Part shown: positions 25,122 to 36,315 of the stretch, piece after piece | Numbering within the stretch: the first letter of the stretch is position 1 | Layout of the letters: the number at the start of each line of letters is the position of its first letter | Origin: Mobula hypostoma | Lineage: Eukaryota | Length of the DNA: 64,000 nt | Assembly: GCF_963921235.1 (NCBI RefSeq) | Contig: NC_086097.1 | Span: 120,034,001-120,098,000, forward strand | Direction of reading: 5' to 3' | Program-made: the position numbers and the translations under genes | Notes under the pieces: model-generated | Seen by the model: only the letters and a program-made list of their open reading frames with translations | Database searches by the model: none | Told to the model about the DNA's origin: nothing

Positions 25122-25650
25122 CCAGTGAACGCAGCAGGCCAGGCAGCATCTCTAGGAGGAGGTACAGTCGACGTTTCAGGCCGAGACCCTTCGTCAGGAC
25201 TAACTGAAGGAAGAGTTAGTAAGAGATTTGAAAGTGGGAGGGGGAGGGGGAGATCCAAAATGATAGGAGAAGACAAGAGGGGGAGGGATGGAGCCAAGAG
25301 CTGGACAGGTGATAGGCAAAGGGGATATGAGAGGATCATGGGACAGGAGGCCCAGGGAGAAGGAAAAGGCGGGGGGATGGACCCAGAGGATGGGCAAGGG
25401 GTATAGTCAGAGGGACAGAGGGAGAAATAGGAGAGTGAGAGAAAGAATATGTATATAAAAATAAATGGCGGCTGGAAATTCAAGCAACACATGTCTATCC
25501 ACGGCCTCCTCTACTGTAAAGATGAAGCCACATTCAGGTTGGAGGAACAACACCTTATATTCCGTCTGGGTAGCCTCCAACCTGATGGCATGAACACTGA
25601 CTTCTCTAACTTCCCCTAATGCCCCACCTCCCCCTCGTACCCCATCTGCT
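25122..25650. mobile_element. Young Penelope-like 3' segment with internal inversion
   Basis: 25122-25466 is UTR plus terminal repeat on -; 25488-25650 on + encodes the ORF end MSIHGLLYCKDEATFRLEEQHLIFRLGSLQPDGMNTDFSNF. Confidence 0.85.
25165..25202 (-). ncRNA. Minimal type I hammerhead ribozyme motif (Penelope-associated)
   Basis: Minus strand UAGUC-CUGACGA-AGG GUCUCGG CCU-GAAAC-GUC/GACUG: complete core, stem I AGUC/GACU, stem II AGG/CCU, palindromic ACGU in place of stem III. Confidence 0.8.
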
Positions 25651-27275
25651 ATCCCGGCAACATCCTTGTAAACCTTCTCTGCATTCTTTCAACCTTATTT
25701 ATATCCTTCCTGTAATTTGGTGACCAAAACTGAACACAATAGTCCAGATTCAGCCTCACCAATGCCTTATACAACCTCATCATAACATTCCAGCTCTTAT
25801 ACTCAATACTTCCATTAATAAAGGCCAATGTACCAAAAGCTCTCTTTACGACCCTATCTACCTGTGACGACACTTTTAGGGAATTTTGTATCTGTATTCC
25901 CAGATCCCTCTGTTCCACTGCACTCCTCAGTGCCTTACCATTAACCCTGTATGTCCTACGTTGGTTTGTCCTTCCAACGTGCAATACCTCACACTTGTCA
26001 GTATTAAACTCCATCTGCCATTTTTCAGCCCATTTTTCCAGCTGGTCCAAGTCCCTCTGCAGGCTCTGAAAACCTTCCTCACTGTCTACTACACCTCCAA
26101 TCTTTGTATCATCAGCAAACTTGCTGATCCAATTTACCACATTATCATCCAGATCATTGATATAGATGACAAATAACAATGGACCCAGCACTGATTCCTG
26201 TGGCACACCACTAGTCACAGGCCTCCACTCAGAGAAGCAATTCTCTACCACCACTCTCTGGCTTCTTCCATCGAGCCAATGTCTAATCCAATTTACCACC
26301 TCTCCATGTATACCTAGCGACTGAATTTTCCTAACTAACCTCCCATGCAGGACCTTGTCAAAGACCTTACTGAAGTCCATGTAGACAATATCCACTGCCT
26401 TCCCTTCATCCACTTTCCTGGTAACCTCCTCGAAAAACTCCAAAGATTGTTCAAACATGACCTACTACGCATAAAGCCATGTTGATTCTCCCTAATAAGC
26501 CCCTGTCTATCCAAATGCTTGTAGATTCTGTCTCTTAGTACTTCTTCCAATAACTTACCTACTACTGATGTTAAACTCACCGGCCTATAATTTCCCGGAT
26601 TACTTCTCGATCCTTTTTTAAACAACGGAACAACATGAGCCACTCTCCAATCCTCTGGCACTTCACCCGTAGACAGCGACATTTTAAATATTTCTGCCAG
26701 GGCCCCCGCAATTTCAACACTAGTCTCCTTCAGGGTCCGAGGGAACACTCTGTCAGGTCCCGGGGATTTATCCACTTTAATTTTCCTCAAGACAGCAAGC
26801 ACCTCCTCCTTTTCAATCTGTACAGTTTCCATGGTCTCACTACTTGATTCCCTCAATTCCATAGATTTCATGCCAGCTTCCTTAGTAAATACAGACGCAA
26901 AAAACCTATTTAAGATCTCCCCCATTTCCTTTGGTTCCGCACAAAGCCAACCACTCTGATCTTCAAGAGGACCAATTTCATCCCTTACAATCCTTTTGCT
27001 CTTAATATACTTGTAAAAGCTCTTTGGATTATCCTTCACTTTGACTGCCAAGGCAACCTCATGTCTTCTTTTTGCCCTCCTGATTTCTTTCTTTTCTTGC
27101 ACTTCTTATACTCCTCAAGCACCTGATTTACCCCCTGTTTCCTATACATTTCATACAACTCCCTCTTCTTCTTTATCAGAGTTGCAATATCCCTTGAGAA
27201 CCAAGGTTCCTTATTCCTATTCAATTTCCCTTTAATCCTGACAGGAACATACAAACTCTGCACTCTCAAAATTTC
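25651..27275 (-). mobile_element. CR1 ORF2 (RT) segment, young, truncated at both ends
   Basis: ORFs 26335..27102 (KSPGPD..PEDWRVAHVVPLFKKG..NYRPVSLTS) and 25649..26458 (DFSKVFD..GVPQESVLGP..KFADDTK). Confidence 0.95.
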
Positions 27276-27659
27276 CCTCTCAAAATTTCTTTCACTTTTT
27301 CACTGAACTATGAATCTCTGCCTTAAACTTGGCTGGTAATGAATTCCACAGACTAACCACCTGCTGACTGAAGAAATTCCGCCTCATTTGAGAGATGTCC
27401 TTTTATACTGAGGTTGTGCACTTAGATCCTAGCTGCTTAGATCCTAGCTGAATCTTTCAGTATTACAAAAGGCCTTAGTGAGAACCCCCCCCATCCCTGC
27501 CTCATCCTTCTGAACTCCATCAAATATAAGACCCTCCACCATCAGATTTCTGAATGGTCCATGAGTCTCTGATCATTACCTTGCTATTCCTCTTGTGTGC
27601 TTTATTCGTTTGTTTGTTTGTTTATATATGTATATCTTTGATAATAAATTTACTTTGGC

Positions 27660-27970
27660 TATAAATTTGTCAGTCCAGCAGAGGCAGAGCCCTCCCCACC
27701 ATTGAGACATCTACCAGAAAGCACCATTCATCTTCAAAGAGCCCCACCATTCAGGCCATGCTCTGATGCATCAGGCAGAGCATACAGGAGCCTTAGGTCC
27801 CACAACTTCAGGTTCAGGACCAGCTATTACTCTACAATTATCAGGCTCCTGAACCAGTGTGGACAACTTCACTCACTTCAACTTTGAACTGATTCCACAA
27901 CCTATAGTCTCACTTTCAAGGACCTTACAACTCGTGCTCATAGCTGTATCTATCTATCTATCTATTATCT
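27660..27970 (+). mobile_element. Rex1 3' end
   Basis: SGRAYRSLRSHNFRFRTSYYSTIIRLLN in ORF 27702..27887. Confidence 0.7.
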
Positions 27971-28139
27971 TTCCACAGATGCTGTTTGACTTGCAGAGTG
28001 TTTTCAGCATTAATTATAGCTACCAACTACCAATTATAACTTCCATTTTGAGTGCTTGCCTGGGGATAAAGCAGCCTTGGGAGTTCCATGGTGTGAATTA
28101 GAACAGTGGTGCCAATTTCACTTGATCTTCCTGATCAGC

Positions 28140-28310
28140 AATCGCCTCTGATCTGGGCTGACATTTACGTGCTGGGCGGCACCTAATTAATTAGCTTGTT
28201 TATTTCAGCTTTTTTCTTAAAGCTGTGCTGGGTGTGCCCTGGCTACCACTACACCCCTGAATGCTTCATGGCCCGGTATCAGTCCGTGGCCCGGAAATCG
28301 GGAGCCACTG
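28140..28310. mobile_element. hAT-like MITE end fragment
   Basis: Similar to 53560-53700 (aattaatt..tgtttattt..cttttttcttaaag.tgtgctg); ends gtccgtggcccgg..gccactg, a Charlie-like terminus. Confidence 0.55.
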
Positions 28311-28429
28311 AATTATTAGAATGGTAAACATCTATGGTCACTCTGATATAGTCACTGATGCTCCATATGTACTGGCCAAAATCTGGTGGAACCAGACCAG
28401 ACTGGATGTTTACTTTCAAAACCTTGAAA

Positions 28430-29560
28430 CAGAATCAGAGTCAGATTTATTATTGCTGATATATGATGTGAAATTTGTTGTTTTGTGGCAGCAGGACAGT
28501 GCAAAGATGTAAAATATCTATAAATTACAAAAATAAATAATGCTAAGAGAAAAGAATACCAAGGTAGGTCTCATGGGTTTAGAGAGGGAAAGAAGCTGTT
28601 CCTAAATCATAAAAACTAGAGATTCTGCAGATGCTGGAAATCCAGAGCAATACACAAACAATTCTATAGGAATTTAGCAGGTCAGTTAGCATCTACAGAT
28701 AGGAATAAAGATTCAACCTTTTGAGCTGAGACCCTTCACCAAAACTGGAAAGGAAGGGGGAAGAGGCCAGAATAAGAAGGTGGGGTTAGGGGAAGGACTG
28801 CAAGCTGACAGGTGATAAGTGAAAACAGATGAGGGGGAAGATCGTAGGGGAAAGGGATGAGGTGGGAAGGTGCGAGGTGACAGGTGGAAATGCTAAAAGG
28901 CTGAAGAAGAAGGAATTTTATAGGAGACAAGAGGAGACCATAGGAGAAGGGGAAGGAGGAGGAGCACTGGAGGGAGATGATAGGCAACTGAGGAGAAGAT
29001 AAGGGGTAAGAGTGGGGCCTGAATGGGGAATGGAAGAAGAGAGAAGGGGGATCGGGGAGGAATATCCTAAATCATCAAGTTTTGATATTCAGGTTCCTCC
29101 ACACCAGGCTGTATTGTAACCAGTCAGAATCTCTCCACCATACACCTATAGAAATTTATAAACCTCTTTGGTGACATATGAAATATCCTTACTCCCAACA
29201 AAATAGAGACACTGACATGCATTCTCCATGATTGCATCAATGTCTTCTGCACAGATCCGCTGAGATGTATGCACCCAGGAACTTGAAGCTGTTCACCCTT
29301 TCCACAGCTGACCCCTCCTGAAGTCCACAGTCAATGCGAGGTTCTTATTCACCACTCAACCAGCTGATCTATCTTACTCTTGTAAGCCTCTTCATCTCCA
29401 TCTGAGATTCTGCAACAAAGTGGTGTCATCAGCTAGTTTATAGCTGGTGTTTAAGCTGTGTCTAGCTACACAGTCATAAGCACAGAGACAGTATTGCAGT
29501 GGGCTACGTCATATCCTTAAGGTGCATCTGTGTTGATTGCCAGTGAGAAGACGTTATCAC
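28430..29560 (-). mobile_element. Rex1 3' part interrupted by a Penelope-like fragment
   Basis: Tail gaatcagagtcagatttatt at 28432; RT-region sequence 29100-29560 includes gtggtgtcatcagc (ADDT on -). Confidence 0.7.
28611..29064 (-). mobile_element. Penelope-like 3' terminus with 11-bp TSD
   Basis: tcctaaatcat at 28600-28610 and 29065-29075; terminus ctgcagatgctggaaatcc. Confidence 0.85.
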
Positions 29561-30608
29561 CCATCTGCACTGAAACATATAAGTGGCTTGTAATTGTGGC
29601 TGTGCTGCCAACTGTTAGCCCTTTATAATACACTGGTGGGAAAAAAAAGCATGTGTCACATTTCATCAGTCTGCCGTGAAAAGAAAAAACAGATGGCTGA
29701 TCAACCAGACATCTGCTGTTAAGAGTCACTCGATGTCTGCTTTGTACGGTAGTTGTTAGATTGAGTACAAAAAACAATGGAATGGATGTGTCCTCTTTAT
29801 AAGTACCCCACTTACCCCTGCATCACCCCATTCAGGTGACCTCATAGTCCTGTTACTCTTGATTCAAGGGAAATCATCTGGAAAATTGGAAAAAGGAGAA
29901 ACAAGAGAGAAAATGAATAGGCACAAGAGTCTATTACTGCTTCTATTCATGTTTTTTCTGTTTATCATAGTCCAGTAATACACTGGATGCTTTATATTTT
30001 GTGTCTTCATACTCTTCTATTAATCAGTCTGTACCTTCAGGGATTATGTAATGAAAATGTACTTGTAAGTTTATCAGGACCAAGGCTCCAAAGCTTCAGG
30101 TGGGATGTAGGAGGAGGGAGCTGACATTTTACTGTATACCAGGTAAACACATTCTGAAAGGTCAGACTCTTCAATAGCATCATTGGGAAATAATCACAGA
30201 TGATGCTGTCCTTATGGCCAGAATGTGGACTAGCCAGAAATCCAAAACATGTTCAGCGAGGGAGGCAATATGAGGCAATCAAAATGCATTTTATTAATAA
30301 TATAGATTTAATATTTCATCTACGGGTAATTGAGCTGTTCTCTGGATATAAGCCTACACTGGTACAGAGTCTTCAGGAATGATGTATGCTAAAAGTATTT
30401 TCAAGTAAACATATAAAACTGCAGGATATAATTTAAAACAAGGAATTCATTATTGGTAGCTATTGTTTAGTGACATCAGCAAATGTGCTTGTTGATAAAT
30501 TCATAGCATTTATATTTTCATATATAATTAAAAACACCAGTCTCTGACAGTGCAAGTGATACCTAGGCCATTCCTGGAGGCAATTATTTCCAGAGGACTG
30601 GCAATGAC

Positions 30609-30635
30609 ATATATAGATATATATATATATATATA
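30609..30635. repeat. (TA)n microsatellite
   Basis: Directly visible, with one interruption. Confidence 0.9.
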
Positions 30636-30759
30636 GTAAAACATATCGTCACCATACGTATTGTTTTCTTTCCATTTGTTTTCTTAAAAAAGCACGATAA
30701 AAAAGGTGGAGCAGGTGTAATAGTCACGTGGCTACATTTCTGTTGCTTCCTGATTCACT

Positions 30760-31180
30760 TAGACTATAAGGTGTTGGATCAGAATTAGGGCATTCAGCTC
30801 ATCGAGTCTGCTCCATCATTCCATCATGGCTGATTTATTATCCCTCTGAACCCCATTCTCCTGCCTTCTCCCCGTAACCTTTGATGCCCCTACTAATAAA
30901 GAACCTATCAAACTCCGCTTTAAATATACATGAGCCAATCGACCATAAAACATAGGAGCAGATTTAGGCCATTCAGCCCATCAAGTCATCTCTGCGAATC
31001 CATCATGGGTGATTTATTATTCCTCTCAACCCTTCTCTCCTGCCTTCTCCCCATGACCTTACTGACCAAGAAACTATCAACTTTCACCATCTGATCCTAG
31101 ACTTCCTCGGTATAGAAAACAGCCTCTCCATGTCCACCCTATCTAAGCCTTTCAATATTTGAGAGGTTTCAATGAGTTAT
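30760..31180 (-). mobile_element. Two adjacent CR1 3' UTR fragments
   Basis: catcatgg.tgatttattat occurs at about 30822 and 31001, each preceded by a gac(c/t)ataa tail. Confidence 0.75.
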
Positions 31181-31689
31181 GAGAATAAAGAGAAGTACAC
31201 ACTAACTTAACAGCTGACTTGATAAGACAGCATGATAACAGCACTGAAACAAGATTTGCAAGTAGTTTTTAGAAAGGAGTCTATGAATGGTTTACGGCTT
31301 CAATTATCTGATACACTGAATGGGTAACATTTTAAAGAGGATTTGCAATGGGCAATCAGTATTCGCATGATTTAATAAATCTCAACAGAAATTTTGATGA
31401 GTCAAAGCAATAGGCTTTTCTCAGTTTTATAAGGCTATAAAGAAGTAAAGATAATTTAAAAAGTTAAATCTAAAATGACTTTTATCTCAGTTGCATAAGG
31501 ATAATATGGGTCTCTTCTGAGCCCATCATCAACTACTGTAGCCATTGATGGACTTTTGGGAAAGATGCAAATGGCTTTACATCAGCCTGGAATCAGCGAG
31601 CAACAAGAACGCATTTTGCCTATCAGCATGACAGATCACAGATCCAAACCCATTTAGAAGTCTGGACATTAGTTCCTTGCCATTAGCAA

Positions 31690-32575
31690 GCAAAAAGCAT
31701 GAAGTGTAATCCTGTGGCTTGATAAAGCATTGGTCAGACCACACATTGAATATGGTGAATAGCTTTAAGACCTTTAACTAAGAAAGGATGTACTAGCATT
31801 GGAAAAGGTCTAGAGGAATTTCACAAAAATGATCCTGGGAATGAAAGGGTTATTACATGAAAAGCATTTGATGGCTCTGGGGTAACACATACAAAATGCG
31901 GAAGGAACTCAGCAGGTCAGGCATCATCTATGGAAAGGAATAAACAGTTGATGTTTTGGGCCAAGATCCTTCGTAAATCCAAAGAAAGGTCTCAACACCC
32001 ACCTCCCAAACATCAACTGTATATGACTTAAATGTAGATGCTGCCTGATTTGCTAAATTCCTCCAGTATTTTGTACTTGTTACTCTGGATTTCCAGCATC
32101 TGCAGAACCTCTTGTGTTTCTGATGGCTCTGGGCTTGTACACCCTGGAGTTTGGAAGAATGAGGGGAGGAGATCTCATTGAAGCCCATTCAATATTGAAA
32201 GGCCTGGACAGAGTGGATACGGAGAGGCTGAGTTTTATAGTGGAGAAGACTAGGACCAGAAAGCACAGCCTCAGAACACAAGGATGTTCCTTTAGAAAAA
32301 ACTGATGAGAAGGAAATTCTTCTGCCAGAGGATGGTAAATCTGTGGAATTCAATGCCACAGACAGCTGACGAGGCCAAGTCAATAGGTACAGTTAAAGCG
32401 GAGGTTGATAAGTTCTTAATTAGTAAGGATGTCAAGGGTCAGGGGGAGAAGGCAGAAAGGATAGTGTTGAGAGGGATAATAAGTCATGCATGATGGAATG
32501 ACAGAGAGGACACAATGGGTTAAATGTACTTGTTCTGCTCCTATGTTTTATGGTGTATGGTCTTATGGTCTTTAT
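31690..32575 (+). mobile_element. CR1 3' part
   Basis: LMALGLYTLEFGRMRGGDLIE and FFCQRMVNLWNS; tail tatggtcttatggtc. Confidence 0.85.
31882..32120. mobile_element. Fold-back Penelope-terminus element nested in CR1
   Basis: Inverted arms (cagcaggtcaggcatcatcta / tagatgctgcctgatttgct); exact flanking repeat tgatggctctggg at 31869-31881 and 32121-32133. Confidence 0.85.
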
Positions 32576-32599
32576 GTAAGTTCCGTGTCAGGTAATATA

Positions 32600-32790
32600 T
32601 AACAGAATATTTTTTCAGACATTTTGAAGTCAAGATAATCTTCCCATGGCTGACCTCCTTACGGTTTGGGTTAGTAAGTTGTGGGCATGATATGTTGGTA
32701 TCGGAAGTGTGGCCACACTGATTTGATTTGACCAAAAAGATGCATTTCCTTAATGTACATGTCACAAATAAAGCTAATCTTCATCTTCTT
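32600..32790 (+). mobile_element. SINE 3' half (same family as 60333-60645)
   Basis: gggcatgatatgttggt..gtacatgtcacaaataaagctaatc. Confidence 0.6.
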
Positions 32791-33009
32791 CAATCTTAAT
32801 GACAAATAACAATGATATCCCCTACCTCAGGAGCCACCTCTTGGTGAAAGCAGAAACAAGATTTGCTGTTGCCTTCTGTACAGCAGCTTAGACTTTGGCG
32901 AGCTGAGGAAAAGAATGCTTGAACATCAAGACCTAAAAACAGACACAAAACCAATCAGTGAATCTTGCCCTGTTATAGCTTTTGAGATGTCATTTGTTTC
33001 ATAAAACTA

Positions 33010-33960
33010 ACTACATGACCCATCCATTGCTAATAAAAAAAAATTAAGAATGACAGTGGATCCAGCAAAGAGTTATATCAGAAACAAAGACAAGGACTGG
33101 GAGCAGCTTAGAGTTCAGCAAAGAACAAAATTAAGAAGGAAAGGGTTAGTGAAGTTTAAATTAGATCCCTGCAGCTAGAAATTAGTGAATCCATAACAAG
33201 TAGATGGGAAATGGAAGAACAATTAAAGGAATACTTTAGTTCTGTCATCAAAGAAGAGCACAAAAAATAATTTTCAAAGGAATCAGGAATATAATGAAGG
33301 CAAAGAAATAAATTAAATTCGCGTCAATAAAAAAGTTGTTGGCAATGAGCCAGGTTCTGATCACTGGATTGCAGAACACAAAAAGTGGTAGCTACAGAAG
33401 AAGCAAATATATTGTTAAATATTGATCTGAATTCTATAGATTATGAAATATTTATCAAGGCTTGGTCAAACAAAACCCAGTCTCTTATTGAAAGGGAAGG
33501 GGGATAATAGACAGAAAACACACCAGTTAACCTTCCAATTACAAGCATAAAGATGAGATAGTAACAGGCAAGATCAACATAGATTTCCAGAAGAGAACTT
33601 GTGTTTGACAAACATCTGAGGGTTTCTTGAGAATATAATTGGTTGAAAAGTGCAATAAAAAACAATCGATATGTTATCACTTTTATTAAGTCTCACCTAA
33701 AAATGTAATGTATCAAATTGAAATGTATGATATAGGGGTAATGTATTAGCATAGATAGAAAATGAGTTTATAGATAGGAAACAGTAAGTAGGAAATTTAG
33801 CAATATGATCTACTAAAATTGGTAAGGTCCTACAGTGATTGTACCTCAGCTATTTCTTAGATTAATCAAAGATTTGGATAAAGAAAAAGAATACAATGTT
33901 CAGAATTTTGCTGATGACAACAAACTGGGTGGCAAGATTAGCAAGCAGGCAGAGGAAAAC
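33010..33960 (+). mobile_element. Old AT-drifted CR1 ORF2 remnant
   Basis: tttgctgatgacaacaaactgggtgg (FADD..KLGG) at 33907; collinear degenerate CR1 motifs upstream. Confidence 0.6.
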
Positions 33961-34404
33961 ATTCAAAAAATATCCCATCTGAGAGCTCCAGGACTATGAA
34001 GAAATGCGGAACTTTTGGGGAGAGTAACAAAAACTTGACTCCATGCATTGGGCCCTGTAATCTTCCCTATAAGATTTTTCCTCTCAATCTTCTATACTCT
34101 GAAAAATTCAGACCGTGTCTATTCAGTGCCCCATCACACTACAAGCATGTTATCCTAGGAAACATTCCAGTCATTTTTTGCTTCATTTATAGCATTTCTT
34201 CATATTTCTAACTAACAAGACCATATTTTTTTGTAAGTCATCTTTACTCCTGTATACAATTCCCCTGACAATAACTGGCAACATATCATTTGCATTTCTA
34301 ATTTTCTACTGAAGTTGCATGTTACATCTCATTGACCAGTGTATATAAAAAAAGAAAAGCTTTACATATTGATTAATTATTTTATTTATTTATTATCTAT
34401 AAAA

Positions 34405-34705
34405 TGATTAGCTTTATTTGTAATATGCACATTGAAATAAATATACAGAAACATACATCAATTGTGTCAAATCAAATCAGTGGGGATTGTGCTGGGCAGC
34501 CTACAGGTGTGGCCACGCTTCTGGCACCAACATAGCACACCCACAACTCATTAACCCTAACCAGCAGGCAGGATGCTGGAGCACCTGGAGGAAAGTAATT
34601 GGGAGAAGGGACAATATATAAACTCCTTACAGACAGCAGCAGGTATCAAACCCTGTTCTTACAGCTGATGGCTGTATGTGTCATGCAAACTGCTACACTA
34701 TTGTG
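34405..34705 (-). mobile_element. SINE inserted in a decayed minus-strand CR1 (about 34000-34990)
   Basis: gattagctttatttgt tail; ggagcacctggaggaaa core. Confidence 0.65.
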
Positions 34706-35038
34706 CCGCACTGTCTATGACATCAACATTTCCCAATCTGTTACCTTTTAAAAATTGCTTTAGTTTCCTTTTATGCTGCACCAGATTGGAAGACCTAACA
34801 CCTTCTGTATTATTATCTATATGCAATATTATCAGCCATTCAGTTAGTTTACTTACATCCTTGTGAAGCCTCTGAGATCTTGCTCCCTATTCACAATCCC
34901 AATCAGCTTTGTATGATCTGAAATGTGGAAAAATCATATTTCATTCCCTCGGCCAAATCAATAATGTAGATAACAAGTCAGTTGTGTCCAAGCTGGTTGC
35001 ATTCATCCTGGGATGAAAGTCAATGGGTTCTCAAAGTT

Positions 35039-35277
35039 TACACTAGGTGGCCTCTTTATTACCCCTGTACACCTGCTTATTAATGCAAAGATCTAATTAG
35101 CCAATCATGTGGCAGCAACTCAATGCAGACATTATCAAAAGGTTCAGTTATTTTTTCGGACTAAACATGAAAATGGGGAAGATATGTGTTCTCAGTGACT
35201 GTGACAATGGAATGATTGTTGATGTCAGATGGAGTTGTTTGAATTTCTCAGAAACTGCTAATCTCCTAGGATTTCAG
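35039..35277 (+). mobile_element. Tc1-type element left part
   Basis: TIR-like tacactaggtggcctctttatt; LSDCDNGMIVDVRWSCLNFSETANLLGF. Confidence 0.7.
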
Positions 35278-35860
35278 ACCAGAAGCACAGGTACAGAGTT
35301 AGGCTATTTGGTCGATCGAGTCTGCTCCACCATTTCGTCATGGCTGATCCATTTCCCCCTCAATCCCAATCTCTCACCTTCTCCCCATATCCCTTCAGGC
35401 CCTTACTAATCAAGAATTTATTAACCTCTGCCTTCAACATACCCAATGATATGGCCTCCACAGCCACCTATGGCAACAAATTGCTTAGATTCACCACTTT
35501 GTAGCGAAAGAGATTCTTCCTCATCTCCATTCTAAATGGATGTCCCTCTATTCTGAGTCTGTGTTCTTTGGTCTTCAACTTCCCCACCATAGGAAACATC
35601 CTCTCCAAATCTAATTTATCTAGTTAACATTTGATAGGTTTCAATGAGATCCCTCCTCATTACTCTAAATTTGAGTGACTACAGACCCAGAGCCATCAAA
35701 TGTTCCTCATATGATTTTCTTTCAATCCTGGAATCATTTTTGTGAACCTCCTTTGAACTTTCTCCAACGTAAGCACATCCTTTCTTAGATAAGGGGCCAA
35801 AAACTGCTCATAATACTCTTAATGAGGCCTCACCGGTGCCTTCTAAACCCTTATTCTAAT
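35278..35860 (-). mobile_element. CR1 3' end
   Basis: Reverse-complement similarity to 14178-14685. Confidence 0.8.
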
Positions 35861-35864
35861 CCTC

Positions 35865-36315
35865 TGGAAAGCAGCATCCATTATCAAGGACCCCCGCCAT
35901 CCAGACCATGCTCTCTTCTCACTGCTGCCATTGGGAATGAGGTTCAGGGAGCCTTAGGTCCCAAACCAACAGGTTCAGGAACAGATATTACCTTTTAACC
36001 ATCAAGCTATGAACTAGCATGGATAACATCTCTCACATCAACACTGAACTGATCACTGAATGCAATCTATGGACTCACTTTCAAGGCCTCTACCACTCAT
36101 GCTGTCCGTATTATTTATTTACTTATTTTGTACTTGCACATGTTATCTTCTATGGCACATTGTTTGTTGGTCTGTCTTTGTTTCTGTGTAGTTTTTAATT
36201 GATTTTATTGTACTTTGTTGTTCTACTATGAACACCTGCAAGAAATTTAATCTTAGGGTAGTACATAGCAGCGTATACTTATTTTGATAATACATTTATT
36301 TTGGATTTTGAACTC
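35865..36315 (+). mobile_element. Rex1 3' end
   Basis: gcagcatccattatcaaggaccccc..catgctctcttctcactgctgcca; tail ttttgaact. Confidence 0.8.
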
